Part shown: positions 1 through 12,291 of the stretch, piece after piece
Layout of the letters: every line of letters starts with the position of its first letter
Position numbering within the stretch: position 1 is the first letter of the stretch
Origin: Takakia lepidozioides
Lineage: Eukaryota > Plantae > Bryophyta
Direction of reading: 5' to 3'
DNA: 64,000 nt
NCBI GenBank assembly: GCA_030704615.1
Contig: CM060734.1
Span: 49,476,001 to 49,540,000 of the forward strand
Made by a program: the position numbers and the translations under genes
The notes under the pieces: model-generated
Told to the model about the DNA's origin: nothing
The model's input: only the letters and a program-made list of their open reading frames with translations
Databases searched by the model: none

Positions 1-2641
1 CTTTGGAGCCACCTGCATTGATACATACTATCACTGTCAATGGGCTGTGTACTCTTCCGCAGACAACACATGGCAGATAGAAGATGACCTCTTCGGCCTA
101 CATGACGATTGCGACCCCGAACACAATCTTGCCCTCCTCACCACCTTCCACAAACAAACCAACACCAACTATCTAACACACATGCACCAACAACACACCA
201 CTCCCGCCCAACCTACATATAACAGATATATACACCAACCACTATATGCCCCCAACGTGCACATCTGCATAACTGAATGTAATCCTGACAAAGATGTCAA
301 GCATGATCAACCTCTAATCCACATGGGCCCCCGCCTTTCCAACATTTACGCTCAACATGGCCGCTTCATTGGCCTCATCCCCAATACAAGACTAACGTGG
401 CTCTGGGAGAAATACTCTACTACTACCTCATCCCCACAATCGCTACAACCCCCGAAACAAGACTTTGCTACCGAATTATATTGGCTGGTTGATCGCTACC
501 TCAAAGACACTCCCCCCAAGAAACTGCGGTCCCTCATTAAATTGGAAACAACATGTGCGCACCATACTATACCCCAAGATATTCTCTCCTTACTTATCAA
601 CACATTCCAGCTTACTCACTCATATTACTCCAACCCACTGACATGCCTTATGGCATTGCCCACATTTTCTAGCCCGCACCACAGAGACTGTATCTTTGGA
701 GCCACTGGTACTGCCACCCAGCACACCTGGGAAGGCCGGGGCCTTGCCCACCCTCCACCTGGTTCTCCTTCTCACGAAGCTCTTCAATGGGCAAAACTTG
801 TTGCGCACTCCTCTCCTACTGCATCCACAATCCTCATCCTCACACAACAAAACACTCCTAATATCTCTCACCCTCTTCTACAACTCCTAGAAGAGGTCAA
901 TCTACTCGCCACAATTGACCCAAACCAGCTTAAGTATATTCATACCCCTCCTCTTCCCAAATATCTCCAACGGAAGGAACCCACCCTAACCCTGATTCTA
1001 CACATCCAAAACCCCCGCATACAGCCATACCGCCATTTTACTTTTCTCAGCTCGAACAATTGCTCACCATCACTCATAAAATAAAGGCCACCATCCATTA
1101 TCCAACCATCCTCTCCCACACCCAGACACCCACCACATTGTCCCGGATCAAAACCAACAAAGCTTGGAACATTGCGACACCACGCCCTTCCCAGGTCGCG
1201 CCAACAACACCTCTACCCCCAATTCCTGCAATATATCAACAAAACACCATCCCCAAATACCCACTGGCCAATTCCCATTACACTAACGGATCCCTCGCCA
1301 AACCTAATGCAGGGTATAGAATCTATCACGCTGGCACCAGTCAAGGCGTTGCCCTCAGACTCCCTGGCCCTGCCACTATCCTCCGGGCTGAACTCATGGC
1401 CATTTATGACGCCCTCTCTCTACTTGACACCTCCCCGCCCCCCCCCACACTACATCTTCACCAACAGCCTTACCTCACTATTCCTCATCCGCAACCACAT
1501 CTCCCACCCCTCTGCCCATCATCATCACCCCGACCGCAACCTCATTGCCACTATTGTCCAGAGGGCCATCTCCCTAGGCCACCCAGTCCATATACTCAAA
1601 GTCCGTTCGCATACTGGCATCCATGGTAATGAAGAAGTAGACCTACTCGCCCAACTTGGCGCCTCCCAACCCATAGTTGAACCCTCGAATGACCCTATTC
1701 ACATCGCCCACACCCATCCCTTCTAGTTCATACACCCCGTTCCGGACCCCCCTAGTCCGAAACCTCCTGACCACTCTGACCAAAGAAGCAAATAGACAAG
1801 CGGCAACCTCTATCAGCCATACCAAAGTACACAACTCAATCCAATGTACTGCACCATAAACTCTCCAATCATTTCTGGCTAACCAAAGCCACCACCGACG
1901 CACAAATCCGACAAACACTCAAATTCCGATATGCCCAATACATGGGCCACTAGTGCAAACACATCTTCTGGCCACATCTGTTCCCATCCCCATACTGCCC
2001 GTTATGTATAACCACCCACCAAGCTCGTGACACTTGGTCACATCTCCTTAGCCAATGTACACACCCAGTTATACATGGCTTGCATATCACGCGTCATAAC
2101 CAGGAAGTTTGGCACCTCCACAAGCTCTTTCTAAATCATGCTGAAACCCGTTGGTTCTCGCTCATGAATGCAGGCACCTACCAGGGACGGCCACCCGACC
2201 ACACAGTACCACCATGGCTACTACCATGCATATGTACCCGATCACCATGCTCATGCCCCGCTCGACTTTGCCCGGAGATACTCCTCGTCCAAGATCTACC
2301 TATCGACACTTTACCCCCCACCTCACCATCCCCACAACTCACCATCCATTTCATTGAATTCACATTTTGCCATAAAAGAAATCCATCTCACGGCACTCCG
2401 TTTACTCACAGCTATTATCACCAACAAACGCCAACTGGAATCCGGCACTTCAAACGCACCTTAGGTCCCCCAAGATACCCCTGGGTACCCTCGCTCCCTC
2501 TATTCTTAGCGGTCACCTGATGTCCACCTGGACACTTTTTTGTTATAGGGCCCACCTCCGAAAGGGGGCAGTAGCCGCAAGGTGAAGGGCCTCTTAGTTA
2601 CGCCGGCCTCGGCCAGAGTCTTCTCTCTCTCTCTCTCTCTT
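1..2641 (+). mobile_element. Dualen/RandI-like non-LTR retrotransposon, 3' half, degenerate (PCIF1-like domain, RNase H, CCHC, restriction-like endonuclease, (TC)n tail)
   Basis: Frameshifted ORFs 47-2520 give RNase H motifs YTNGS, AELMAI, FTNSLTSL and KVRSHTGIHGNEEVDLLA. A CPLC..HLL..C zinc finger follows (~1990-2060), then RHN and RLE-type R.P[D/E]ILLV...IHFIEFTFC. The element ends in (TC)n at ~2622-2641. Confidence 0.75.
350..860 (+). pseudogene. PCIF1/CAPAM-like adenine methyltransferase domain within the LINE ORF
   Basis: WLWEKY...FATELYWLVDRY...IPQDILSLLINTFQLTHSYYSNPLTC..FSSPHHRDCIFGATG..WEGRGLAHPPP parallels, from memory, PCIF1 KLWLLY...FLPRVWCLLRRY...LPVHVFEALHRLFGVSFECFASPLNC..YCSAFPDTDGYFGSRG..GSFEANPPF. 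Confidence 0.6.
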
Positions 2642-5600
2642 CTTGATGGAGAAGTTTCCTTAAACAAAGGACGTATCTTGATGGAGAAGTTTCCTAAAAA
2701 AGAAGCTTCATGAGCAGTTCCCTTATGGTAAGGTAACTTTTGGTAACATGATAACATGGTAACTTCTGGTATTTACTCCTGGTAAGTTCCTCTCCCTGGA
2801 ATATTCGATGGATGATACAACTCCAATAATGAAACATGATGGATGCGCATACTTCGTGGGAGTTCAAGCCGAAACCTGACCGGATTTATTTGTCGAATAA
2901 TTTTGAATGGTCCCAGGCGTTGATAATCCAACTTCCTTGATGGTCGCGAGGTTTGTATGTCATGTCGAAGAAGCCGCACTCGATCTCCGACCTTGAACTG
3001 GGGTTGGAGTTGGCGATGTTGATCTGCATACTCCTTGTATTGTTTTTGAGCTTCTGTGAGGTGGAATGTAAGCTCCTTGTGAATCGTACCAAGATGAGTA
3101 ACAAGGTTTTCTGCAGCAGGGCTTCCAACAGTCTTCATGTGGAAAAGGTTTGCTCGAGGATGATGACCATAATTGGAGAAAAATGGAGTTTGTGTGATCG
3201 AAAAATGTATAGTGTTGTTGTAGGCAAACTCAGCCAATGACAGAAGGTCCGTCTAATTATCTTGGTGATAATTTATCGTACAACGAAGATACTGCTCCAA
3301 AATCTGGTTTACGCGTTCGGTTTGACCATCAGTCTGTGGATGATTAGCTGTATAGAGGTTGATCTTAGTATCCAATATGTGAAATAATCTCTTCCATAAA
3401 TTTGATATGAACTGTGGTCCTCGATCAGCTACGATGTCCTTCGGGAGTCCATGAATGCGGTATATATTATTGAGGAAAAGTTTTGCAGTTTCATCGTCGG
3501 TAATCGTCTTATTACATGGAATGAAATGTGTCATCTTTGTAAAACGATCTACAATAACAAGGATTGAATCGGTGGTCTTGGAAATTGGAAGGTCCGTACG
3601 ACCATGGACCATTGAAAATGGGTAATGGTTGAAGAATGTCATAAGGTCGATGTCGTGGTCCCTTCGCTCTAGCACATGTGTCGCATGACTTTATAAATTC
3701 TTTCACGAGTTTCCACATCTGTGGCCACCAATAGTCCATGGATATCAATTCCATTGTTTTGTTGAAGCGGAAATGTCTTGGAGCCGGAAGATCATGACAT
3801 GTTTGAATAATTCGCAGTCGTGTAGGTCCTAGAGGTACATAGAGAAGTCCCTTGAAGTAAAGTAAGTCATCTTTAAATTCGAAGTCGTTTGTAACATGTG
3901 GGTTGTCTCGAGGTTGATTTAGTTGACTTCGTAGTGTCGTAGCAAATTGGTCGCTCTTCAGTGCTTCTTGAATCTCTTTTATGATCTCTATATCGTCATA
4001 GGTGGACATGGATAACATATTCAATTGGAGATTTACTGGTTTCAAGATGATGGATTTATGTTGGTCAAAAGTTGCATCCCCTTCTTTTGGCACAAGATAC
4101 GATCGTCGAGAAAGAGCATTTGGTTTTCCTTGAAGATGTCCGGGACGGCAGGTAATAACAAAATCAAACCTTGCTAGTGATATACTCCATCTCGCTTGAC
4201 GTCGATTCAAAACACGAGCACTCATAAAATACTCGAGGTTTTTATGGTCGGTATAGACAGTGACCTGATGTTTAACTCCCTCCAATAGATGGCGCCACTC
4301 CTCAAAAACATCGATAATTGCTAGAAGTTCTTTGTCATGGATTTCATAATTGATCTAAGCAGCGGAAAATTTGCGAGAACGAAAACCAACAGGGTGGAGT
4401 CCGCCATCTATACCGTATTGAGAAAGTACCGCGCTAGGTACAAAGTCCGATGCATCTGCTTCCAAAAATAATGGTTTAGATGGGTCTACATGTACCAGTA
4501 TTGGAGCCGTTGTAAATGTCTGCTTCAACCTTTCAAATGATTGGTCAGCTTTCTCGTCCCATACAAATTTGTCCTTCCATGTGAGTCGTGTCAATGGTGT
4601 AGTAATTTTGGAGTAGTCTTTGATGAAGATTCTATAGAAATTTGTAAATCCCAGAAAATATTGTACATCTCGGACCGAAGTTGGTTTAATCCACTCGATG
4701 ACGGTTTGTATTTTCTTCTGATCCATAAAAACGCCTTTGTCGGAAATAATGTAGCCAAGAAATTTGACCTCAGATTGATGGAAAAGACATTTTTCCAACT
4801 TGGTATATAGTCCTCTTTCTCTTAATTTATCAAGGACAAGGCATACATGGCGGCCATGTTCTTCTTCATTCTGTGAAAATATCAAAATGTCGTCCAAATA
4901 GATGACTTTGTAGTCATTTAAAAATTCTCGAAAGATGTCATTCATCCTATGTTGGAAAATTGCTGGAGCATTTGTAAGACCGAAAGGCATAACACTGTAT
5001 TCAAAATGTCCATACCTTATTCGAAAAGTTGTTTTCCATTCGTCTCCTTTTTTTATTTGTACAAGGTTATAAGCTCTTCTCAAGTCAATTTTGGTGAAAA
5101 TCTTCGCTCGTCCCAGTTGGTCGAGAAGCCTAGAAATCAGCGGCAACGGATAACGATTCTTTTGTGACTTTGTTGAGACCGAGATAGTCCACCCACATAC
5201 GTAATGATCCATCCTTTTTTTTCACAAACAAGATAGGCGCCCCCGTAGGTGATTTTGAATGTCGGATGAAGTTCTTCGACAAATTTTCATCAATGTACTC
5301 GCGTAATGCAGTCAACTCCGTCTGGGATAAGTTATAGATTGGGCCGAATGGTGGTTGGGCTTCTTCTTGTAACTCAATTGCACAGTCATAAGGTCAATGT
5401 TTTGACAATATGTCTGCATTTTTCTTTTCGAAGACATCATTGAAATCTTGATATTGAGTGGGTAATGTCGAAGTACATTTGTCTGTTGTGGTCTTGATCG
5501 GAGTCACATAAAGTGCAAATGTCGCATCCTTTTTTGTAGCTCTCATGAAAGCTCTAGCTCCAAGGACCAGGGGTTGAATACCTTTGATATTTCTACATTT

Positions 5601-7149
5601 TTGTCTTGCAGAAATTTTTCGCGATCGCCAGTCGATGTCAGGATTGTGAAGTATGAACCAAAGAAGTCCAATGATCACAAGATTCGTTGGAGACTGGATG
5701 ATGTTGAAAACAATATGTGATGCTTGATCTTCAAGCTTCACTTCAAGTGGTCGAGTTTCATGGTCAACATTTCCTTATGCTAACGGTCGTCCATCAATGA
5801 CTTCAACGGGGGCCGAGAGTTTCTTCTTTACGAGCGTTAAATTGTGTTGCTTTGCAAAGTTTTTGTCAATAAAACATGCTGAAGCCCCCAAGTCCAAAAT
5901 ACTTCTACGGAGATATCTCGATTTTGCACTCTGATTTTTACTGAAACTATGAAGCAAGGTGCAAGGTCTGGAGGTAGAAAGAGACATTTTTTTGGTAAGG
6001 AATTTGTGGTGTCCAACCGCATGGTCCCTACTGTGACTGGACATCTTCGTTTTCCGACCTCCTCGTATTGAATACTTGAGTTGCGCCCCGAGCTTTGAAT
6101 CTTTTCTTGTTGGGGCAGTTTAATGCTATGTAATCTTCTTCTCCGCAATAGAGGCATAATCCATTCAAGCGCCGTCTTTGTTTTTATTGTGGTGTCAACG
6201 GCTTGAATCGGACAGCATCAATCTGCATAGGATCACTACCGGATGTCTGATGGATCGTTGTATTTGGTGTTGTAGTAGCAGCGGCCTGATGCGTCGTCGA
6301 CCATCCAGATCGCTTCTCTTGACGTCTTTCGAACAAACGATTATCGCATGCAATGTCTTGGGTGATGAATTCGCTTAGTGTGCTCACGTTTGGCATTGTC
6401 AGCAACAAATCTTTTATATCCTCTTTTAGCCCACATCGAAACTGACTAATGAGACTCTTCTCATTCCAATCGAGGTCGCATGCAAGTTGTCGAAATTTGG
6501 CAGCATAAACGGAAGCAGGCGTGCTCTTTGTCGAAGATTTCGCATTTTTGTTTCTGCAATTCTCTCCCTATCATTTTTTCCAAACGTTGCAGTGAACTCG
6601 GACATGAATGCTTCAAAATTGTATAGTAAATGCGAGTTTTTTTCTAATAGTGATGCAAACCAAGATAAGGCAGTGCCTAATAGAAGGGTGCCCACGAATC
6701 CCACTTGAATACTTTCATCGGGGTAGCGTTGTGGATTTAGTCGTAGGAACAGTCGTATTTGTTAAATAAAACCGCGAAATCTTGATCTTGTCCCATCAAA
6801 TTTCTCGGGCATGTTGATCTTTGGTTCTCTCATAATCTGTTGAAGAGGAACCGTTGCAGAAAGAGCTGTTGCAGTAGAGACTCGTATGGTTGAAGATCCA
6901 TTGTTAAACAAAGGTTTCTTGATGGAGAAGTTTCATTAAACAAAAGGAGGTATCTTGATGGAGAAGTTTCCTCCAAATGAAGCTTCCTGAGCAGTTTCCC
7001 AAATTACTCTCGGTAATTTGATAAACTCTCGGTATCTTGGTAACTTATGGTAACTCATGGTAGATCATGATAGATCACGATAACTTTTGATAACTTGGTA
7101 ACTTCTGGTATTTACTCCTGGTAAGTTCCTTTGGGCTATGTCCGTGACA
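2642..7149 (-). mobile_element. Ty3/gypsy LTR retrotransposon, Tcn1-like chromovirus, degenerate with internal deletions
   Basis: Partial LTR copies lie at ~6900-7149 (starts TGTCACGG on -) and 2642-2790. Coding remnants: gag (REPKINMPEKFDG, DPMQID), protease [25 protein letters not shown], RNase H EADASD, integrase HHCC and TDGQTER. Many frameshifts. Confidence 0.9.
2773..6833 (-). pseudogene. gag-pol pseudogene of the Tcn1-like element
   Basis: Serial frameshifted ORFs 6426-6704, 6184-6408, 5775-6044, 5394-5741, 4355-5212, 3512-4285, 3253-3675 and 2773-3237. Confidence 0.9.
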
Positions 7150-7235
7150 TGTTTCTGAAGTCTCTCCATCTACGATCTCTGGATACAGATTTCAGGCTCG
7201 TGAACTTTCTGGCAGCCTCTCCCTCACTAGCTCAG

Positions 7236-7959
7236 TGTCGCACACCTCACTTCGGTAAGCTCTTCTTCAAGTCATAGTTACTCGCTTTGATGCGCGCGCC
7301 TAACTCCCAACCTGGCCGTCGGGCCAACTCGGAGCTTCGGCTGCTTACCGGGGCACAACGGTCCCCCTTTCTTCCCCCAACAGACCCTCCACTAATTTGG
7401 GCCTAGTGGAAATTCCTTTTGGTAGATGGCAGTCCGGAATAGCTCCCCACTCCTTGGTCGCTTTCCGGCTCGCTCGCTTACTCACTAGTTTTTGGTCACC
7501 AACGGGCTTGCACCGTTCTCAGGGTTACTACTCCCTATATATACTTCTGTGATTGTCCGCGGGGGTTTCACAAACAACCATGTCATTTTATGACGAACCA
7601 CCACGAAGACCCTCGATTCCCGGTGATGAGTCACAGTGAGTCTTGGCCCACCCACCACGGCCCCATTAGACCGTGGTGAGTCCCAAGACTCCCCATGACT
7701 CCCACCACAAGGTCTCCGCCCCATGTGAGTCCTATGCCACCCCCACTGAGTCCCACTAAGCTACCACCACCCCTTGTGGAGCCACCCCCACCGCAACCCG
7801 GTGTGCGGGGCTCCATCTAGTGAGTGCCTCCGCCTCCTTGAGTGCCTTGGGCACTCAAGGTTACTTCAGCCCCCCGTACCTATTGCTGCCACCGCCCCCA
7901 CCACAAGGGCAGCCCCTCTGCGTCCCGACCCCCTGCCCTCAAGGCAAAGGGCCGCGACA
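7236..7959 (-). repeat. 3' LTR of the Galadriel-like element (TG...CA)
   Basis: On - it begins TGTCGCGGCC and ends GTGTGCGACA. It is homologous to 52548-52929, which is followed by a PBS. Confidence 0.8.
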
Positions 7960-10900
7960 TACACCCCTATCAACAGGGAGTCAATGTCCTCATCGACTTG
8001 TCCATTTTGTAGAAACGAACATCCAAGTTATGGCGTCCAACATCAAGGAGTTTGTTTTCCGCACCATGGCGTCCCATGGCAAAGAACCAAACCCCACACT
8101 GGACTCTACTCTCCACTAGCTAGTTCGGCCGACTTTCTCCAAGTCCCGACCAAGGGTGGAGCCTCTCAAGCTCCTCCCAGTGCACTTTTCTTGGCCCACT
8201 TCACGGCCAAGGAACGATCATTCCCGAGGATCGAATCGCCTTACTGCAACAACATTGCTTGCGACCGCTCATTGTGCCGCTTTTGGCATCACCTTGAGCA
8301 AAGGTTCACCTTGAACCCTTTTTTACTAGGAAGATAACCTTGAACCAACCGTGCGCCCCAATCATTACAATTGGGTCCGCCTTGGAATGCTGGCTTGAGG
8401 TACGGGAACACGCCGAAGTCGCACTACGACTTCGTCCCGAGGCTACACGATTAAAGTACGTGAACGGAAGCACGTAGCTTCCGCGTTAACTTGCACTACA
8501 AGGCAACCCCCTCGGTAACGCAGTTATAGTACGCGCACGCGCCAGGTGCGCACTAGCACGTGAACTCCCAAAGAAGGCGCAAATTTCCTTGCCCCCTGGA
8601 TGGGAGTCACTCGATTTCGGCACTGCACAAACACACGATTAATCCAATTTACCTCTCCCACTTTTGTAAGCTAGCATGCATTCTACACACTAGCCAACCA
8701 TACCATGCATCACCATTCCAAACAAAATAGGAGGCGCAACATTTGGGAACCATTTCATTTATAATAAAATTTGTACAACACAAGTTTTTGCAATCGGATT
8801 CCTAAGCTAACTAAGCCGGGCTAAGCATGCATTTCCTTCCCCACGATCCAAGGTTGATATCCCCATCAACGCTTCTTCCGCTTTTGAGATCGCCCTTCGA
8901 AAGCTACAACCGCCTCGGATGCGTTTCCCATTTCTGAGGCACGAACCCAAGATGTCTCCACATGATGATAGCCCTTCCATTTCACGAGATACTCCGTTTC
9001 TCGATTCTTTAACCTCCTCGACTTAAGCACTGTCTCCACCTCGTACTCGGGTTCATTTTCATGATCCAACAGTACAGGTGGCGGATGCAACACTTGATGC
9101 CGATTTGGACGCGCTTCATCTTTGAAGTAAAGGCTTCAAAAAGGAGACGTGGAATACCGGATGCACCTTGCTGTTTGCTGGCAGCTCCAATTCATACACA
9201 TCCTCATTCATAACATTCCGGATGCGAAAGGGTCCCGCATACGGAGGTACAAACTTCGGACTCACTTCCGGAGGTAGTCGAAAATTCTTGATATTCAACA
9301 TACCTCCGTGCCTACCTCAAACTTGACTTCCCTCCGCTTCCGATTTGTCTGCCGTTCATACCGTTTCCTAGCTTTGGCGATGTTGTACTTTGCGAGCTTT
9401 AACAAGCGCTCGCGTTCCTCCAACACCGCTGCTGTTGCCGGTTCCTCAACGTCTTGGGCAGCCCAACTTGTCGGCACTAGAGGTGCTTTTCCATAGACCA
9501 ATACGAAAGGGGAAACACCCGTTGCGGAATGTTTTGTGTTATTATAACAGAACTCTGTCGCGTCCAAGTGCTCCACCTAGTCCGATTGGTCCGCCGACAC
9601 GTAATTCCGCAAGATCTGCTTCTCCACGGAATTCACCCTTTTCGTTTGGCCGTCTGTCGTAGGTCGGAAGGCGGTGCCCATCTTGAGCCTTGTCCCCATC
9701 TTCTTCCAAAGTGCCCTCCAAAATTTACTCGTAAACTTTGGATCCCGGTCCGAGACAATATCCTTCGGGAGTCCATGATGCTTGAAGACGTGGGCGAAGT
9801 AAAGTCGCCCCGTCTCCTGTGCCGTTGTCGTCTCCTTGGTGGGGATGAAATGGCCCATTTTACTGAACCTATCCACCACCACCATGATTGCATCGAATCC
9901 TTTTGACATAGGCATAGCAGTCATAAAATCCATCGAGACATTTTCCCAAGACCCCTCTGGAATCGGCAAGGGTTGTAACAGCCCCGCTTGCTTTTTGTAC
10001 TCGCTCCGGTTTTGTTGGCATGTGGTGCATGTCTTGACATACTCCTCCCTCAGTTTGGGCCAGAAATACTCTTTCTTCAAGAGTGCCACGGTGCGCTTGG
10101 CTCCGTCATGGCCCGCAAGCGGGCCATCATGACATTCTCTCAAGAGACTATCTCTGATCCCTCCCTTTGGCACGTAGAGACGTTTTTGCTTATACCGGAG
10201 CAGTGTAAGTGGAACTGCGATTTAACTCCCATCCTCAAGTCCCGCATCACGGACTTCGCCATCTCATCTTTCCGGTAAGCTTTCCAGATGTTCCTTTGGA
10301 GCGCCGTCTCGCCCCTGTACACCAACATAAGCTGCTGCTTTCTACTTAAAGCATCGGCCACCACATTGTCTTGTCCCGGTTTGTACTGGATATCCACGTC
10401 AAAGACCGCCAAAGTATCTTGCCACCTAAGTTGTTTTGGGAACAACTTAGGCTGCGTGGCAAAATACTTCACCGTGACATTGTCCGTGAACACCTTCACC
10501 GGGTTGGAACCAACATAGTGGCGCCAAAGCTCAAGGCAATGCACCACCGCGTTCATTTCCTTCTCATGCGTAGGCCACCGTCGCTCTACTTCATTCAGTT
10601 TCTTACTTTCGTAAGCCACTGGACGTCCATCCTGCATGAGTACACCCCCTATAGCGAAATCCGACGCATCCGTATGAATCTCAAATGGACGGTCGAACTC
10701 CGGGATTTTGAGGACTGGAGCTTCCGCCATCCGCTGCTTCAACTCGGCAAAAGCTTGACCACAAAAAGTGTTCCATACCCAGACTCTGGATTTACACAGA
10801 AGGTCTGACAGCGGCCCCGCGATCTTGGCGAAATTTCTCACATACTTTCGGTAATAGGAGGCGAGTCCTAGGAAGGATCGCACTCCCGGGACCGAAGTCG

Positions 10901-11034
10901 GAGGTTCCCAGTCCAAGATCGCCCTCACCTTTCTGTCATCCATTTTGATCCCATCCTGTGTAATCGCATGCCCTAGGAACTCCACTTTTGTGACCCCGAA
11001 TTCGCACTTTGAAGCTTTGGCATACAGCTTCCCT
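7236..11034 (-). mobile_element. Ty3/gypsy chromovirus (Galadriel-like), 3' half: RT end, RNase H, integrase, chromodomain, 3' LTR
   Basis: RNase H DASDFAIGGVLMQDGRPVAYES, integrase TTDGQTKR and GPF motif, chromodomain YEVETVL..YLVKWKGY..SW (8866-9093). The 3' LTR is 7236-7959. Confidence 0.9.
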
Positions 11035-11620
11035 CACTAGAAGAGAAACCGGCTTTTTCCATGGCTCTGCCATCTCACACCTGGCACATTCCACGGCTTT
11101 TATCACGGGTCTGTACACTGAGCCAAGGTGTGGGTCTAAATATGCCCTAACTGTGGGGTGTCTCACATGTGGTCCACACCCCAGGCAAGAACGGTGTGAA
11201 AACAGCCATGAGCGTGGCAGGGGTTGGCTTAGTTTACATGGCATGTTACACACATGTGTGAAATGGGAACAAACAATTATTTCCACTGATTGTGGTGTAT
11301 GGGGAGTTTGAGAATGATGCCCTTGGAAAATGATTATGAACTTCATGTTCATGTTTAGAAATCTGCACGATGGGCTATTAGCAAGTGAAGAATACACCCC
11401 ATTTTCAATCTCATTATGAAGTCTATAATGCCCTTGGAGAAATGAGCATGGGGATCGCATTCAAAGGTGGTCCCGTTCCGTTGCAACCTATGACACAACT
11501 AGGACAAATAGGCATAGGCATGATTTACACTTTTTGCCACAAATCACTTGCATCATCCTTACGTTGAACTCCTTGTTTATGTGACATGCTTGGACTTTGT
11601 CATCTCACACATCAAAGAAA
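11035..11620. mobile_element. possible CACTA-type non-autonomous element end interrupting the RT
   Basis: RT homology stops exactly at CACTAGAAGAGAAACC (11035), and CTCACA-like motifs recur downstream. No matching right TIR was found, so the right boundary is approximate. Confidence 0.35.
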
Positions 11621-12291
11621 AAACCAGAATATTTCGAAAAAATCCTAACCTAAAAATCCTAACCTAAATTTACTAACAAGTGTTCAAACCAGCGCAATGG
11701 TAATATATTTTATTACCATTATCAAATGTTTGTCTACGTGGTGTTTTGGTTTTCTAGACAAGTCTGGTAGCAGGACTTTAGCCTCTGACCTAGAATGAAT
11801 CAAAGTGCAAAAGGTTAAAAAGTCAAAAAGTTGCTAATAAGGTTGCCCATTAGGGTAATCGTGAACACAGAGGAGGGCTGGGACTTGGCGTTTTTTTTTT
11901 GTCTCCCTGCGCCACACCATGTAGCCGAGGGATGGAACGCGATGATCGCAAGATATGCAGGGGCGTGGGATGGAGGCATTGAGCAAATGATGCAGGAAGG
12001 AGGAGAGGAGGAGGAGATGAGACGAGGAGAAGCTCGCAACATTCTTGCGAGCTTGCCGTTCTTGGGAGAGTTAGCTTGGCCTTAGCAGGCCGTGTTTCAA
12101 TCTCTGCCTACTCAGCTACACCGTGGTGGTTCGATCTCACAGACCAATCCGACATTACCTGACTACAGACACAAGCAGCACACACAAGAGGTCCTTTTGG
12201 GTTGATGGTCGGTCAAGTCATGACACAACCTCAAGGACAATATGGTGAGGGCATCTTCTTCTTTGACCTATTTCAGCCTGTTTTGCCCTCT

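Noticed and set aside
7631-7816. Gly-rich ORF also seen at 52683-52889
   Set aside because: Lies within the GC-rich LTR and the frames diverge between copies; no coding evidence.
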